A stretch of 64,000 bases of DNA. Origin: an uncultured Thermoplasmatales archaeon (GTDB taxonomy: Archaea > Thermoplasmatota > E2 > DHVEG-1). The notes below the pieces were generated by a model. The model was not told where the DNA came from and ran no database searches. It was given only the letters and a program-made list of their open reading frames with translations. The DNA is taken from positions 21,216 to 85,215 of the forward strand of contig CAYMOC010000001.1 in assembly GCA_964391965.1 (NCBI GenBank). The letters run 5' to 3'. Of the stretch, positions 25,085 through 36,044 are shown in pieces. Numbering within the stretch: the first letter of the stretch is position 1; the number at the start of each line of letters is the position of its first letter. A program made the translations under genes and the position numbers.

Positions 25085-25482
25085 GAACTGTTCAATCTCT
25101 CCTTCACTATGATTTTAACCATGTTTTGATTAGACTTTTGGGTTTCTAAATTTGCGATTTGGTTAAGTTTATCTTCAACCTCATTTAGATATTCTTTTAA
25201 AAGTTTTAAAGGTTTAATGGAATGATATATATATGGGTTTTTTCCAACAGTTCCATTTTTAATTTTTTCTCTATAGATTATTTTTTGTTCAAACATTTCA
25301 GAGAGGAGTTCTCTAATTGTGCTCGGATGTAAATTTGTTCCTTTTATGATTTCTTCTGTTCTTGCCCCATTTTTTTTTAGTAGAAAAATATAGATTTTTG
25401 ATTTTGCTTTGGATTTTAAAATTATTTTAACTGAATTCTCTAAGTTTTTTGTATTTTTCCCTAATCTCGTTTTATTTGTCAA
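25081..25482 (-). CDS. Winged-helix transcriptional regulator (TrmB/ArsR-like). It is translationally coupled upstream of the MMPL exporter.
   Basis: An HTH-like segment EEIIKGTNLHPSTIRELLSEMFEQKIIYRE is present. There is a 4-bp overlap with 22784-25084. Confidence 0.55.
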   Translation of the reverse strand: MTNKTRLGKNTKNLENSVKIILKSKAKSKIYIFLLKKNGARTEEIIKGTNLHPSTIRELLSEMFEQKIIYREKIKNGTVGKNPYIYHSIKPLKLLKEYLNEVEDKLNQIANLETQKSNQNMVKIIVKERLNSS

Positions 25483-25717
25483 ATAAACACCATTTTTTAT
25501 ATATTTTGTTTTATAAATTTAAATAGTTTTCTATTTTATCGCTTTAGATCCGATAAAAAACAAAGTAAAATATTTTTATAAACAAAAAAGACGTTTTCTG
25601 GTTTTTCTCCCAATTAAATTTTTTTTAAAAATAATAACCTTTTTTAGTTTTTATTGGATTATTATTTCCTTTCGGTTTATATCTTATGCTCTAATCAATT
25701 GCAAAACATTTATATAC

Positions 25718-25792
25718 TATATATTATATAAATAGCCAGCAAATTTAACTCCTTTTAATAAGAAGAGAGAAATACGGGAGGAAAAGAAACAT
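25718..25792 (+). promoter_or_regulatory. Putative TATA-like box (tatatattatataaata) and a GGGAGG RBS upstream of the DUF11 gene
   Basis: An AT-rich TATA-like element lies ~55-75 bp upstream of the ATG. GGGAGG lies 11 nt before the start. Confidence 0.3.
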
Positions 25793-28435
25793 ATGAAAAA
25801 GAAAAATGCAATAAGTATATTTTTGGCGCTATTGATGATCGTTTCAGCTTTTGCTGCATCTACAGCAAACGCGTCTGGATGTGAAGGCGAAGTAGATTTT
25901 AGTAAAAAAGTTTGGGACAGCGGAGATGAACAATGGGTAGAAGAGATAGATGCAGAGTTAGGAGAAACTGTAAGATTTAACATAACAATGACCTATCACA
26001 GACATCCTGAAAACCAACAAGCTTTAAAAGTCTATAATATAAAAGTTTGGGATGTATTACCCGACTGTTTAGAATTTGATAATAATGTTGTAATAGAATC
26101 ACCAGGTAACACTTTTGATTACACACAAGAAGAAGTTGGAAACACAGTTTATTGGAATTTCACGGAAGAAACAAAACTATATCTTGATGACGGAGAAAGC
26201 CTGTATATTGAATTTGATGCAACTGTTGTAGAATCTGAAGAATTAGATAATCAAAACTGGGCTTATTTTACTGCAACTGAATGTGGTCAATATACTCATG
26301 AAGATGAAGATGATGCATGGGTATATGTACAGTTAGACCCTGAACCAAGCATCAGTGTTGAAAAAACAGTAAAAGAATATGAATCTGAAGGTAGTTATGT
26401 AGACGAACTTATTTTACATAAAAAACTTGTAGAAATACCTGAGATGGAATTTACTTTTAATCCAGAAATAACCGTTGCTTTCAAAATAGTAGTTGAAAAC
26501 GATGGAACAGAAGATTTAGTCAATGTAACTGTTATGGATGTTTTACCAGAGGGTTTAACATATGAAGATAATGCAAATATTGAACCAGATTACATAGATG
26601 AAAATAACTACTTTTGGAATTTTTCATCTCTCGATTCAGGTGAATCAGTTACTATTAAATTCCTTGCAAAAACATCAACATGTGGCGAATACTTAAATGA
26701 GGTTTTTGCAGAAGGAGAACATGAAGAGGGAATCGTTGAAGATTCTGATAATGCTTCTCTTATATACAGTGGAATAAATCTTGTGAAAGAAGTATACTAT
26801 GATGGAGAATGGGTAAAAGAAGTCCCTGAAGTAATAAAAGGACAAGACATCCGTTTCAGAATTAGTATAGACTTCATTGGAGATGGAAACATAAGACATT
26901 TTATTGATTGTGGATATGTAGTAGATTTCCTACCAGAAGGATGCTTAGAATATCTTGAAACTGCGTCCATCAAAATGAATGGTGATGTTATAGATCCAGA
27001 GTCAAACGAATATCCATATGTAATACCCGATCATGGTGACATTCTTGAAATCTGCGGAGACACGATAAATATAACTGATTTAATGGAAAACAGCGAAGCT
27101 TGTATCCCTGATGGAGATCTTATAATATGGGAATTCAGCAGTGCCCATCACTGGGAAATGCATGATGGAGATACTCTTGAGATTGAATTCCTTACAAATG
27201 TTACAAACTACTGTGAAGAATGTGATGTAACCAATTATGCAGCAGGTCTAATGTGGAACTGTGATATTTGCTACAACTGGTTCGATTGGGATTCAGCAAT
27301 TGTAAACTGTGACCAACCAGATAACAAATTTGAGAAAAAAATAAGTCTTGATGGAGAAACATGGGAAGACGAAATAGAAACTTTCCAAGGTGACACTGTT
27401 GAATTCAAAATCGAATTTGAATACTATGGTAATGAAATGATAAATGATACACGCATAAAAGACGAACTTCCATGTGTTCTTGAATATGTAGAAGGAAGCG
27501 CAAATGTTGAACCAACCAGTGTTTCAGATGATAAAAAAACAATCTGGTGGAACTTAACTGAGGAAATAGAAGACGGTGAAACACTTGTGATAACCTTTGA
27601 TGCATACGTTGAAGGATACACTGGAACATGTCCAGAATGCAGCATTGTTTACAATCATGCATGGATATATGCATATTACAACCCTGGCGGATGCGCAGAA
27701 CCTGTATTAGTATTTGAAGATCATGACACTGCTGGACTTGGAGCAAGTGTAAACAATAAACCATGTATAACACTAATTGGGGAAGACGGTCAAGAAGGAG
27801 ATGAAGACAAAGAGTTAACATATCAAGTTGTTGCTGAAGACCCTGAAGAAGACGATGTATATTATCAAATCAACTGGGGAGACGAAACCAGTGGATGGCT
27901 TGGACCATACACATCTGGTGTTGAAACAGATATCACTCACAGCTGGGATGAAGAAGGAGAATACACAATTAAAGCCAGAGCTAAAGACGTCTACGGTAAA
28001 GTTGGCAGCTGGGGTCCAGAGATAAATGTAACAATTAATCCTGGTGAAGAACCAGAACCTGATTTAAGCGCAAAAATAGACAGCGGCCTACTTAGTGGCG
28101 GAATAAAATGGAATGCAATAGGTGTAACTGTTACAAACAACATGGAAGGAAACCTTACAAATGTAACCTTCAATGGAACCATAAACTATGGTATTCTTTT
28201 GAAGAAAACAGTAGACGTATACAGTGACAACAACACAGCTGAAGAAGGAGCAAACGGATTTAATTTCCCTGTTGTACAAGGAATCCTAAAAGGAAGACTA
28301 TTCTCAACAATAAACGTTAACTTGACAATGACCTGCGATGAAGGATATGAACTTCCAAATATAACCGGTTCAGGTTTTATGTTACTTGGAAGACTTGTGT
28401 TCATAAACAACGCAACACCGGTAGAACTAGAATAA
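25793..28435 (+). CDS. Secreted surface protein with repeated DUF11 ('conserved repeat') domains and a C-terminal PKD-like module
   Basis: It has a signal peptide. The motifs GETVRFNITM...IKVWDVLPDCLEFD and FKIVVENDGTEDLVNVTVMDVLPEGLTYED recur. The PKD-like block is YYQINWGDETSGWLGPYTSG...YTIKARAKDVYGKVGSW. An RBS GGGAGG lies upstream. Confidence 0.7.
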   Translation: MKKKNAISIFLALLMIVSAFAASTANASGCEGEVDFSKKVWDSGDEQWVEEIDAELGETVRFNITMTYHRHPENQQALKVYNIKVWDVLPDCLEFDNNVVIESPGNTFDYTQEEVGNTVYWNFTEETKLYLDDGESLYIEFDATVVESEELDNQNWAYFTATECGQYTHEDEDDAWVYVQLDPEPSISVEKTVKEYESEGSYVDELILHKKLVEIPEMEFTFNPEITVAFKIVVENDGTEDLVNVTVMDVLPEGLTYEDNANIEPDYIDENNYFWNFSSLDSGESVTIKFLAKTSTCGEYLNEVFAEGEHEEGIVEDSDNASLIYSGINLVKEVYYDGEWVKEVPEVIKGQDIRFRISIDFIGDGNIRHFIDCGYVVDFLPEGCLEYLETASIKMNGDVIDPESNEYPYVIPDHGDILEICGDTINITDLMENSEACIPDGDLIIWEFSSAHHWEMHDGDTLEIEFLTNVTNYCEECDVTNYAAGLMWNCDICYNWFDWDSAIVNCDQPDNKFEKKISLDGETWEDEIETFQGDTVEFKIEFEYYGNEMINDTRIKDELPCVLEYVEGSANVEPTSVSDDKKTIWWNLTEEIEDGETLVITFDAYVEGYTGTCPECSIVYNHAWIYAYYNPGGCAEPVLVFEDHDTAGLGASVNNKPCITLIGEDGQEGDEDKELTYQVVAEDPEEDDVYYQINWGDETSGWLGPYTSGVETDITHSWDEEGEYTIKARAKDVYGKVGSWGPEINVTINPGEEPEPDLSAKIDSGLLSGGIKWNAIGVTVTNNMEGNLTNVTFNGTINYGILLKKTVDVYSDNNTAEEGANGFNFPVVQGILKGRLFSTINVNLTMTCDEGYELPNITGSGFMLLGRLVFINNATPVELE

Positions 28436-28521
28436 AAAAACAAACACAAAAAAAATCTCTATTTTTTTTTCTTTTTTTTATCCACATTTTTAATAACATG
28501 TTTTCCTATTTTGTATGCTGA

Positions 28522-28755
28522 GTGTTTATGGTTTTAGATGAAAAAACAAGGATACAAAAAGATATAGTAATGTTTGAAGAAAACATTCCTCAATTAAAAA
28601 AATTGACTCTTTCTGATTCTGAAAATAAAACAGTTGAACTTGCATCTCAGTATTATGAAGACAGTAAGTATTATTTAGAAAAAAAAGATTTTTTTACAGC
28701 CTTCGGTTGTATTAACTATGCTCATGGACTTTTGGATGCAATTATAAAGTTTTAA
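28522..28755 (+). CDS. Hypothetical small protein
   Basis: ORF only. Confidence 0.3.
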   Translation: MFMVLDEKTRIQKDIVMFEENIPQLKKLTLSDSENKTVELASQYYEDSKYYLEKKDFFTAFGCINYAHGLLDAIIKF

Positions 28756-28799
28756 TAAAACCAATTGCCATATGGTTATTTGGAGGCGTAAAAGATTTT

Positions 28800-29348
28800 A
28801 TGAATAAAGTTAAAGGAAATATGAGCAAGTTTTATTATTATGGTTTTCCGATGCAGGCTGCTCTTGTAACATGTAAAAATGATGAAAAGGTTAATGTGAT
28901 AACTGTTGCTTGGCATACAACAATTAGTAAAAAACCACCGCTTTTCGGAATTTCTATTGCACCTATTAGATACTCTCATGGTTTAATTGAAAAAAGTAAA
29001 GAATTCGTTGTGAATTTTGCTTCAATTGATTTGGTTGACAAAGTAAATTTCTGCGGAACACATTCTGGAAGGAAAACTGATAAAATTAAAGAAGCAGGGC
29101 TTAATCTTTTAGATTCGGAAAAAATTGATACTCCTGGTTTAAAAGAATGTTATAGTCATTTGGAATGTAAGTTATTTGATCAGAAAACATTGGGAGATCA
29201 TACTTTTTTTATTGGCGAAGTATTAAATGTTAGATTTGATGAAAATGCTTTTGTTGATGGTATGGTGGATAACAAAAAAACAAAGCCTTGTCTTTATCGT
29301 GGTGGAAGTACTTATACAACACTTGATGAAACTGTTAAAAAATTTTAA
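28800..29348 (+). CDS. Flavin reductase-like (FMN-binding split-barrel) protein
   Basis: AALVTCKNDEKVNVITVAWHT...LFGISI and the surrounding pattern match the flavin reductase-like domain. Confidence 0.65.
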   Translation: MNKVKGNMSKFYYYGFPMQAALVTCKNDEKVNVITVAWHTTISKKPPLFGISIAPIRYSHGLIEKSKEFVVNFASIDLVDKVNFCGTHSGRKTDKIKEAGLNLLDSEKIDTPGLKECYSHLECKLFDQKTLGDHTFFIGEVLNVRFDENAFVDGMVDNKKTKPCLYRGGSTYTTLDETVKKF

Positions 29349-30136
29349 TCTAAGTTTATTTTAATATTTTCTCCTGGTTTTGTTTTTAGTTTTTCTGCTG
29401 CATTTCCCTGGTTGATACTTATTTCCAAATAGTTGTTACTACCTATTGTAGTAAGTAGTTCTTTTGGTTTTACAAAATCATATGATTGTACAAATGGTAT
29501 TCGATGTTTTTTTCTGTTAATGGAAATATTTAAAACATCATTGAATAGCAGATTTTTTTGTAAATCTTGTTTTTTTATATTTGTTATTATGTTTCCAAAA
29601 CTATCGATGTGCAGTATTTTTCCTTTTATTTCTTTTTCATTAACAGTTGAATCATCTATTTTTATTTTTTTATAGTCATCTATTTTTGGACCAATTTCTT
29701 CAAAGTTTATTCCGTTAAGAATATGTGCTGCTACAGGTGTGAATATATCTCGTCCATGAAAAGTATTTGAAATGTTTTCTAGCATTAGTTTTTTGTTTGT
29801 GATTTTGAATACTTGATAGTTATCTTTTGTTTCTGCAGCAGGTATCATAAGACCATTATCCGGTCCTACAAATACTTCTTCTGGTGTTACAACAACTATT
29901 CCTTTTCTTTTTGTTCCAACACCCGGGTCTACGACTGCAACATGAACTGTTCCAACTGGGAAGTATTTAATTGTGTTTTTTAATAAGAATGCTCCTTCTA
30001 TTATATTGTGAGGAGTGACATTATGGGTTATATCTATTATCTGTGCATCTGTTATTGATAGGGCTGTTGCTTTCATCTGTGCAGGATAGTTACTTCTTAA
30101 TCCGAAGTCTGTTAGGAAAGTAATAATTTTTTTCAT
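29345..30136 (-). CDS. SAM hydroxide adenosyltransferase (DUF62, fluorinase/chlorinase-like family)
   Basis: The N-terminal TDFG, IDITH, EGAFLL and VHVAVVDPGVG match the DUF62 signature. Confidence 0.75.
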   Translation of the reverse strand: MKKIITFLTDFGLRSNYPAQMKATALSITDAQIIDITHNVTPHNIIEGAFLLKNTIKYFPVGTVHVAVVDPGVGTKRKGIVVVTPEEVFVGPDNGLMIPAAETKDNYQVFKITNKKLMLENISNTFHGRDIFTPVAAHILNGINFEEIGPKIDDYKKIKIDDSTVNEKEIKGKILHIDSFGNIITNIKKQDLQKNLLFNDVLNISINRKKHRIPFVQSYDFVKPKELLTTIGSNNYLEISINQGNAAEKLKTKPGENIKINLD

Positions 30137-30255
30137 TTTATTTTTACCATTGTGTTTTTTTGAAGGATTATATTTTAATTAGTTATTTTGTTTTTTTGGT
30201 TTAATTTTTTTTTTAGAAAAAGGTTTTATATATGGACGGTACATAATATTATGGT

Positions 30256-30663
30256 TTGATCTCTGTGCAATCGGGTTATAATAAAAATAATGTTAAGCTT
30301 GTCGCAAGTATTTGGGATAATAAGACGAGGAGTATGAAGTGTCCTAAGTGTGGCGGTGAGATGGTTTTGATTCAGGTTGAACAAATTGAGGATCAGGAGA
30401 ATCCTTATGTTCCTTATGATACGATTATTGAGTGTAATTCTTGTAATTTTAAGGTGAGAACTGAATCTTTTACTATTTTAGGTAGTATTAAAGATTTTGA
30501 TATGAGAAATATTGAGATTGGTAGTTGGTCTCCTAGTGGCAGCAGGGTTGTTTCAAAGTATGAACATGTTTTGGATTATAATGTTTTAAAGAATTTGAAG
30601 AAATCTGGTGAACTTGTTGAGTTTCTGGTTGTAAATAATCAAGTTGTTCAGGTAATTGGTTAA
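30256..30663 (+). CDS. Zinc-ribbon protein, hypothetical
   Basis: It has the Cys pairs CPKCGG...CNSCNF. The true start is probably the internal M at ~30334. Confidence 0.4.
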   Translation: MISVQSGYNKNNVKLVASIWDNKTRSMKCPKCGGEMVLIQVEQIEDQENPYVPYDTIIECNSCNFKVRTESFTILGSIKDFDMRNIEIGSWSPSGSRVVSKYEHVLDYNVLKNLKKSGELVEFLVVNNQVVQVIG

Positions 30664-30764
30664 AATTATTCTAAATTTTTTTTTGTAACATTTGTTAGAA
30701 AGGTTTATTTACTATTATCGCATTTGGTAATTAACAACTGTTAACCATTTTGGGGGCTTAAAAA

Positions 30765-32960
30765 ATGAGGAAGATAGTGCCACTTCTAGTGGTAGGAATA
30801 TTTTTAGCAAGTGCTTTTGTAACCATAGGAAACGCAGAACCAATAGAAAAACAAAAATTTGAAAAAATAGAAATTGAAAAAATATTTTCAAACATGCAAA
30901 TAGAAAAAAAAGAAGAATATCTAACTATCGAATTTTCACAAGCAAATTCCTATCTAATAGAAACAGGTAAACCAGTACTACCCACATATGAACAAACATT
31001 TACCTTTCCACTAAACACAAAAATAAAAAATGTTGAAGTCAAACAAAGTAACATTCAAAAAACATTTTTAGAAGATGAATTAAAAACTGCACCCGCTCCA
31101 CAAATCGCAAATAACATACAAACAGAAAAAAAGAATTATGAAAAGATAGAACTACCCACTATTTACCCAGAGAAAAACTTTGAATACACGATTGGAAGAG
31201 GAATCGATAACGACGAAAGATGCTTGTTTTTAAAAATAACAGTTTATCCAGTAAGATACCAGTCTAATGAAAAAATTTTAGAATGTGCTGAAAACATTGA
31301 AATAAATGTTGAATATGAAGAACCAAAAAAGATTGCTTCTTTTGAGGATGATTATTCCTTTTTGATTATAACACCAGGAGAATATTCTCCAGATTTATCT
31401 GATCTGGTTGATCATAAAAACAGTCGAGGAATCTCTACTAAAGTTGTAGTATTATCTGAAATTTATAACAGTTTTTATTTCCCAACAGAGGGAAGAGATG
31501 AAATTGAAGAAATCAAATATTTTATTAAAAATGCTTATGATAACTGGGGTACAACAGATGTAATGCTTATAGGTGGAGCTGAAGATTTTCCAGCAAGAGA
31601 AGCCCATATCCTTACATTTGAAGAAGATGATGAAATCTTTCTTACAGATCTTTATTATGCAGATCTTTACGACGAAAATAACAATTTCCAAACATGGGAC
31701 ACTAATGAAAACGATGTTTTTGCAGAATACGACTGGGAGGACAATTTTGATGAAATGGATCTTTACCCAGACATTAGAATCGGTAGAATCGCATGTATAA
31801 ACAGCGAACAAGTAGAGACCGTTGTTGAAAAAATCATTGATTATGAGAACAACGAACCATGGACTTCAAACTGGTTTAACAACATTATGGTAATCGGAGG
31901 AGACACCTTTCCAAATGAAAACGATGAAGGACCCGATATTGATGAAGGAGAATTTGTTAATCAAGCTGTTTTAGATATAATGGATGGATTTTTAGCCGAT
32001 AAAATATGGTATTCAAACGGTAGACTAGGAGGTTTTAATCCAACAGGTGTTGAAACGATAAATAATGGATTCCATGAAGGACGTGGTTTTGTACATTGGT
32101 CTGGGCATGGAGCACCAAACGTATGGACTACTTATCCTCATAATGGAAATAGACAAACACTACCATCTCCTTTAGGTAAGTATACTAATACTTATATTAG
32201 TGATTTAGAAAATGGTGAAAAACTACCTATAGCAATAAACGGTGGTTGCAGTCTTGGCAAATATGTTGCTAATGAAAACTGTTTCGCCTGGGCTTATCTT
32301 TCTAACCCAGATGGTGGAGGAATAGCCTCTACTGGATGTACAGGTCTTGGTTGGATATATGGTGGAGAATATGCTTCAGAAGGACTAGTTGAAGGAATGG
32401 CCGTTGGCATGTTTCAGGCATACAAAGATGGTGCTTTAACATTCGGAAGAATGTGGTCTGATGCAATAAATGAATACATCTATAGAAATATGAATTCAGG
32501 AGATTATAAAACTCTTCTCGAATGGCAGCCATTTGGAGATCCAACCCTTCAGATACAAAAAGAATCCCAACCGCCTCTGAAACCAGAAACACCAACAGGT
32601 GAAAACGAAGGTACTATTGATCAAGAATACACATATACTACTGTTACAACTGACCCGGAAGGAGATGATATATATTATCGATTCGATTGGGGAGATGAAA
32701 CATACAGTGAATGGCTTGGACCTTATAATTCCGGGGAAACTTGTGACGATGGTAAAAAAACCTGGGATTCAAGAGGAAGCTATGATGTAAGAGTACAGGC
32801 AAAAGATACTAACGGTAAACTAAGTGAGTGGTCTGAATCTAAACCTGTAACGATGCCGGTAAACAATGACTTTGAAAGGTTTCATTGGTTGAATAATCTT
32901 TTAGAAAAAATACCATTACTCAAATTGTTGTTTGAGTTTATACAGAATATGATTTTCTAA
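30765..32960 (+). CDS. Secreted peptidase C25 (gingipain-like) with a C-terminal PKD-like module
   Basis: It has a signal peptide. FLIITPGEYSPDLSDLVDHKNSRGISTKVVVLSEI matches the C25 N-terminal block. The His motif is HWSGHGAPNVW and the Cys motif INGGCSLGKY. The PKD-like block is YYRFDWGDETYSEWLGPYNSG...VRVQAKDTNGKLSEWS. Confidence 0.65.
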   Translation: MRKIVPLLVVGIFLASAFVTIGNAEPIEKQKFEKIEIEKIFSNMQIEKKEEYLTIEFSQANSYLIETGKPVLPTYEQTFTFPLNTKIKNVEVKQSNIQKTFLEDELKTAPAPQIANNIQTEKKNYEKIELPTIYPEKNFEYTIGRGIDNDERCLFLKITVYPVRYQSNEKILECAENIEINVEYEEPKKIASFEDDYSFLIITPGEYSPDLSDLVDHKNSRGISTKVVVLSEIYNSFYFPTEGRDEIEEIKYFIKNAYDNWGTTDVMLIGGAEDFPAREAHILTFEEDDEIFLTDLYYADLYDENNNFQTWDTNENDVFAEYDWEDNFDEMDLYPDIRIGRIACINSEQVETVVEKIIDYENNEPWTSNWFNNIMVIGGDTFPNENDEGPDIDEGEFVNQAVLDIMDGFLADKIWYSNGRLGGFNPTGVETINNGFHEGRGFVHWSGHGAPNVWTTYPHNGNRQTLPSPLGKYTNTYISDLENGEKLPIAINGGCSLGKYVANENCFAWAYLSNPDGGGIASTGCTGLGWIYGGEYASEGLVEGMAVGMFQAYKDGALTFGRMWSDAINEYIYRNMNSGDYKTLLEWQPFGDPTLQIQKESQPPLKPETPTGENEGTIDQEYTYTTVTTDPEGDDIYYRFDWGDETYSEWLGPYNSGETCDDGKKTWDSRGSYDVRVQAKDTNGKLSEWSESKPVTMPVNNDFERFHWLNNLLEKIPLLKLLFEFIQNMIF

Positions 32961-33264
32961 AAAAAAATATTCATAAAAGCTTTCCAAAAAACAACAAATT
33001 ATTCATTTTTTTTATTTTTACATAATAAGAATAATTGGATATATGTAAAAATTACAGAGAATGTTTAAGTACTAAAAGAAGGAAAAATAGTTGACAAGAA
33101 GGTTTCTTTCTATGAAGAAAAGAAAACATTCAAAAAAAGCACCCAAAGAAATACAAATAATTTGGGTCAACGTTGTCGAATCATTTTGATAACCCTTTTG
33201 ATTACCAAGATATAATTGAAAAGCTTATCTTCTATTAATACTCAGAATAAAAAATTGTTTTTTT

Positions 33265-34704
33265 TTATTTCATTATACCATATGCTCTTTTAGTTTCCTC
33301 TTTATGTTCCTCATACAAGGATTCTATATCATTTCGCATGCCTGGAGGATAACCATCAGGGAAATTTAAACATCCATGACAAAAATCAAAACCAATTGCT
33401 TCTTTCAAATCATCAATACTTGTATATGCAAGAGAATCAGCTCCAATGTCTTTGTTGATTTCATCCCAGGTTTTAATCTCTCCGTTTTTCTTACTTGCTA
33501 TAAACTCTTTTTTACTTCGCATATCAATTCCAAGATAACAAGGAGCAATCAAAGGCGGGCAACCAATTCTTACATGAACCTCTTTTGCTCCGGCATCTCG
33601 AACACCTTCTACAAGTTTTCGCATGTTGGTACCTCTTACAATTGAATCATCTACAAGGACTACACGTTTGTCAGATAGAACAGATCTAATATATGACAAT
33701 CCTTCCTCAACAACTTGATCACGGCTTTCCTGGGTTTGTTGTATAAAACTACGTTCATCCTTGTCTTTTATCAAACCTTCATCCAGAGGAATACCTGATT
33801 CACGAGAGAAACCAACTGCATACCGTCGACCTGACTCTGGAACTGGAACAACGATGTCTGCATCAACGGGATGATGTTTTGCAAGAAGACGGCCAAGATC
33901 AACCCTGGTGTTATGAACTGAACGATCATTTATACGAGAATCTGGTTTTGCAAAATAAACAAATTCAAACATACAAGGAGTCTCAGGTTTTTTAACTACT
34001 TGTTTTTCATGTATATCTCCCTCAGGATCAATTATAACAATTGAACCACCAGGTATATCTTTAATATATTCAAAACCTATTTTTTTAAAAACACGTGTTT
34101 CACTGGTGAGACAATACATTCCATTTTTTTTACCTAAAACCAAAGGTCGAACTTTAAATGGATCAGTTATTGCAAAAAGATAAGGATATCTTCCCGAATC
34201 AGCAAGGAAAATTGCTGAATAACTTCCTTTAGCAACCTTCATTACCTTCTTACAGGCATCAAGAATATTTTCAGGACTAAGTTCTTTCTTATATAATTGA
34301 TCAGCCATAGGTAGAAGAAGACATTGAATATCACAATCCGTACGAGGCGTACGATCAGTTTTATCACCAATTTCTCTACAGTTGTAAATATTACCATTAT
34401 GAACTGATGCAAGAAACGGGTTAACAAGATATTCAGGTTGAGCATTTTTTTTCAACGAATCAAGATCATCTAATCCAGCTGTTGAATATCTAGTATGACC
34501 GATTCCAACATTCCCAGGTGTATTTATCTTTTTTTCATCATCAAAAACTTCACGTACAAGGCCTGCATCTTTGTAAACATGAATATTTCCATCATAGGTT
34601 AATTTACCAGTAGAAGATTGCCCACGGTGCTGAATCGAAAAAAGACTATGATATATAAAACTTGAAACTGGTTTATTACCGATAATTCCAACTATTCCAC
34701 ACAT
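33265..34704 (-). CDS. purF: Amidophosphoribosyltransferase
   Basis: MCGIVGI is the Ntn Cys. The PRTase motif VVLVDDSIVRGTNM is present. The C-terminal Cys cluster is typical of PurF. Confidence 0.9.
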   Translation of the reverse strand: MCGIVGIIGNKPVSSFIYHSLFSIQHRGQSSTGKLTYDGNIHVYKDAGLVREVFDDEKKINTPGNVGIGHTRYSTAGLDDLDSLKKNAQPEYLVNPFLASVHNGNIYNCREIGDKTDRTPRTDCDIQCLLLPMADQLYKKELSPENILDACKKVMKVAKGSYSAIFLADSGRYPYLFAITDPFKVRPLVLGKKNGMYCLTSETRVFKKIGFEYIKDIPGGSIVIIDPEGDIHEKQVVKKPETPCMFEFVYFAKPDSRINDRSVHNTRVDLGRLLAKHHPVDADIVVPVPESGRRYAVGFSRESGIPLDEGLIKDKDERSFIQQTQESRDQVVEEGLSYIRSVLSDKRVVLVDDSIVRGTNMRKLVEGVRDAGAKEVHVRIGCPPLIAPCYLGIDMRSKKEFIASKKNGEIKTWDEINKDIGADSLAYTSIDDLKEAIGFDFCHGCLNFPDGYPPGMRNDIESLYEEHKEETKRAYGIMK

Positions 34705-34796
34705 ATCAAAAACAGGAATGATGAGGGGTTATTTAACGCTTTTTTATTAAAAAATAAAATGTTTTATATCATAAATTAAAAAATTAGAGAAAAACT

Positions 34797-36044
34797 TTAG
34801 ATATCTTCCCATTCTTTTAGAACAGATTCCCATTTGAAGTTTTCAATTGCATCAATTTGTTCTATTTTTTTAAGAATTTTTTCATAGCCTTTTACAAGAG
34901 CTCGTGTTCTAATTTTTACAATAAAGTCGTATTTTCCAGCTACCGCAGTAACCCTGGTTATACCATTTATATTCCATATTTTTTTCATGGTTTCTTCAAT
35001 ATCATACCCAGGTTTTATGTTGATAAAAATATAGGCTTTAACCAAGTTTAATGCAAAGGATGCTATCCCTAGAATCATTATTATTACTCCTATTCCTTTG
35101 ATTAAAAGCATAGTTGGATCCATTGAGAATGGTTCGATTATTCCAAGATATGCTATAAACAAAGATACAGGTATAGAGAAAATAATTATTGAGGATCTGA
35201 CTGCTTGTACGATACTTGCTTTTCCGATACCAAGAGCCCGTATGTAAAATACAAAAGCAAAAAAAGCTCCTACCGCAATAATTGCTGCCCAGCTAAATTG
35301 ATTAACTGAAGCATTTATTCCAGCTATTAAATGATTTGTGTTAAGAATCGTATCATAGATTAGAACCAAAATTATTGTAAAAAAACAGGCAAATATTACA
35401 TTCCAGAAACGAATATTAATTGAATCATTTGATTTTTCTTTTATTTTCATTCTTTTAAGTTTACGTTGATAGATAGTAAGAACAACCCATGAGGGGTTAA
35501 TAACAAGAAAGACTATAGCTAAAGCTGTAAGATTTAAACTTCCACTTAGACTAATTGATCCGAGGATAGCGCCAAATGTTACAATGAGTATCGATTGTAT
35601 CTCAGATAAAGTAGGTGCATCTTTTTCGCTAACTGATTCGACTAATACAAGATACAAAATAACTGCTTGAGTGAAAGGAAGAACAACCGAGGGGTCTTCT
35701 ATAAGAGTAAATAAAGCAAAATATCCAACTGTGTATGCTGCATTTCCAAAACCTGATAACAGTTGTGGTTTAATTTCTTCTTTTTTTATTAGACGAATTT
35801 TTTCAAAAGACGGATCTGCCATTCTTGCTCCAAGACTTTTGCCTTTGATTTTTAAAGAAAAAACGAGTCCAAAAAGTAATGTTATTGGGATTCCTAAGAT
35901 AAAGATTGATAATCCTAAAGCCCAGGGATCTGTAATAAAAAGCTTACTGACTGATGCATCAACACCAGCATTTATAGCTGATATTATTGCTGTTGAAAAA
36001 GCAAGAACGTAAAACAAGTATTTTTTACGTATTCTTATTTTCAT
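34797..36044 (-). CDS. EamA/DMT-type permease fused to a C-terminal Lrp/AsnC-type RAM (ligand-binding) domain
   Basis: There are ~10 TM helices in two halves. The C-terminal ~75 aa are ITRVTAVAGKYDFIVKIRTR...IENFKWES. This resembles the AsnC C-terminal domain and the downstream stand-alone RAM protein. Confidence 0.55.
   Translation of the reverse strand: MKIRIRKKYLFYVLAFSTAIISAINAGVDASVSKLFITDPWALGLSIFILGIPITLLFGLVFSLKIKGKSLGARMADPSFEKIRLIKKEEIKPQLLSGFGNAAYTVGYFALFTLIEDPSVVLPFTQAVILYLVLVESVSEKDAPTLSEIQSILIVTFGAILGSISLSGSLNLTALAIVFLVINPSWVVLTIYQRKLKRMKIKEKSNDSINIRFWNVIFACFFTIILVLIYDTILNTNHLIAGINASVNQFSWAAIIAVGAFFAFVFYIRALGIGKASIVQAVRSSIIIFSIPVSLFIAYLGIIEPFSMDPTMLLIKGIGVIIMILGIASFALNLVKAYIFINIKPGYDIEETMKKIWNINGITRVTAVAGKYDFIVKIRTRALVKGYEKILKKIEQIDAIENFKWESVLKEWEDI

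Noticed and set aside
27405-28449. Minus-strand ORFs (27405-27821, 27991-28449 and others) inside the DUF11 gene
   Set aside because: They are antisense to a well-supported 880-aa secreted protein gene.
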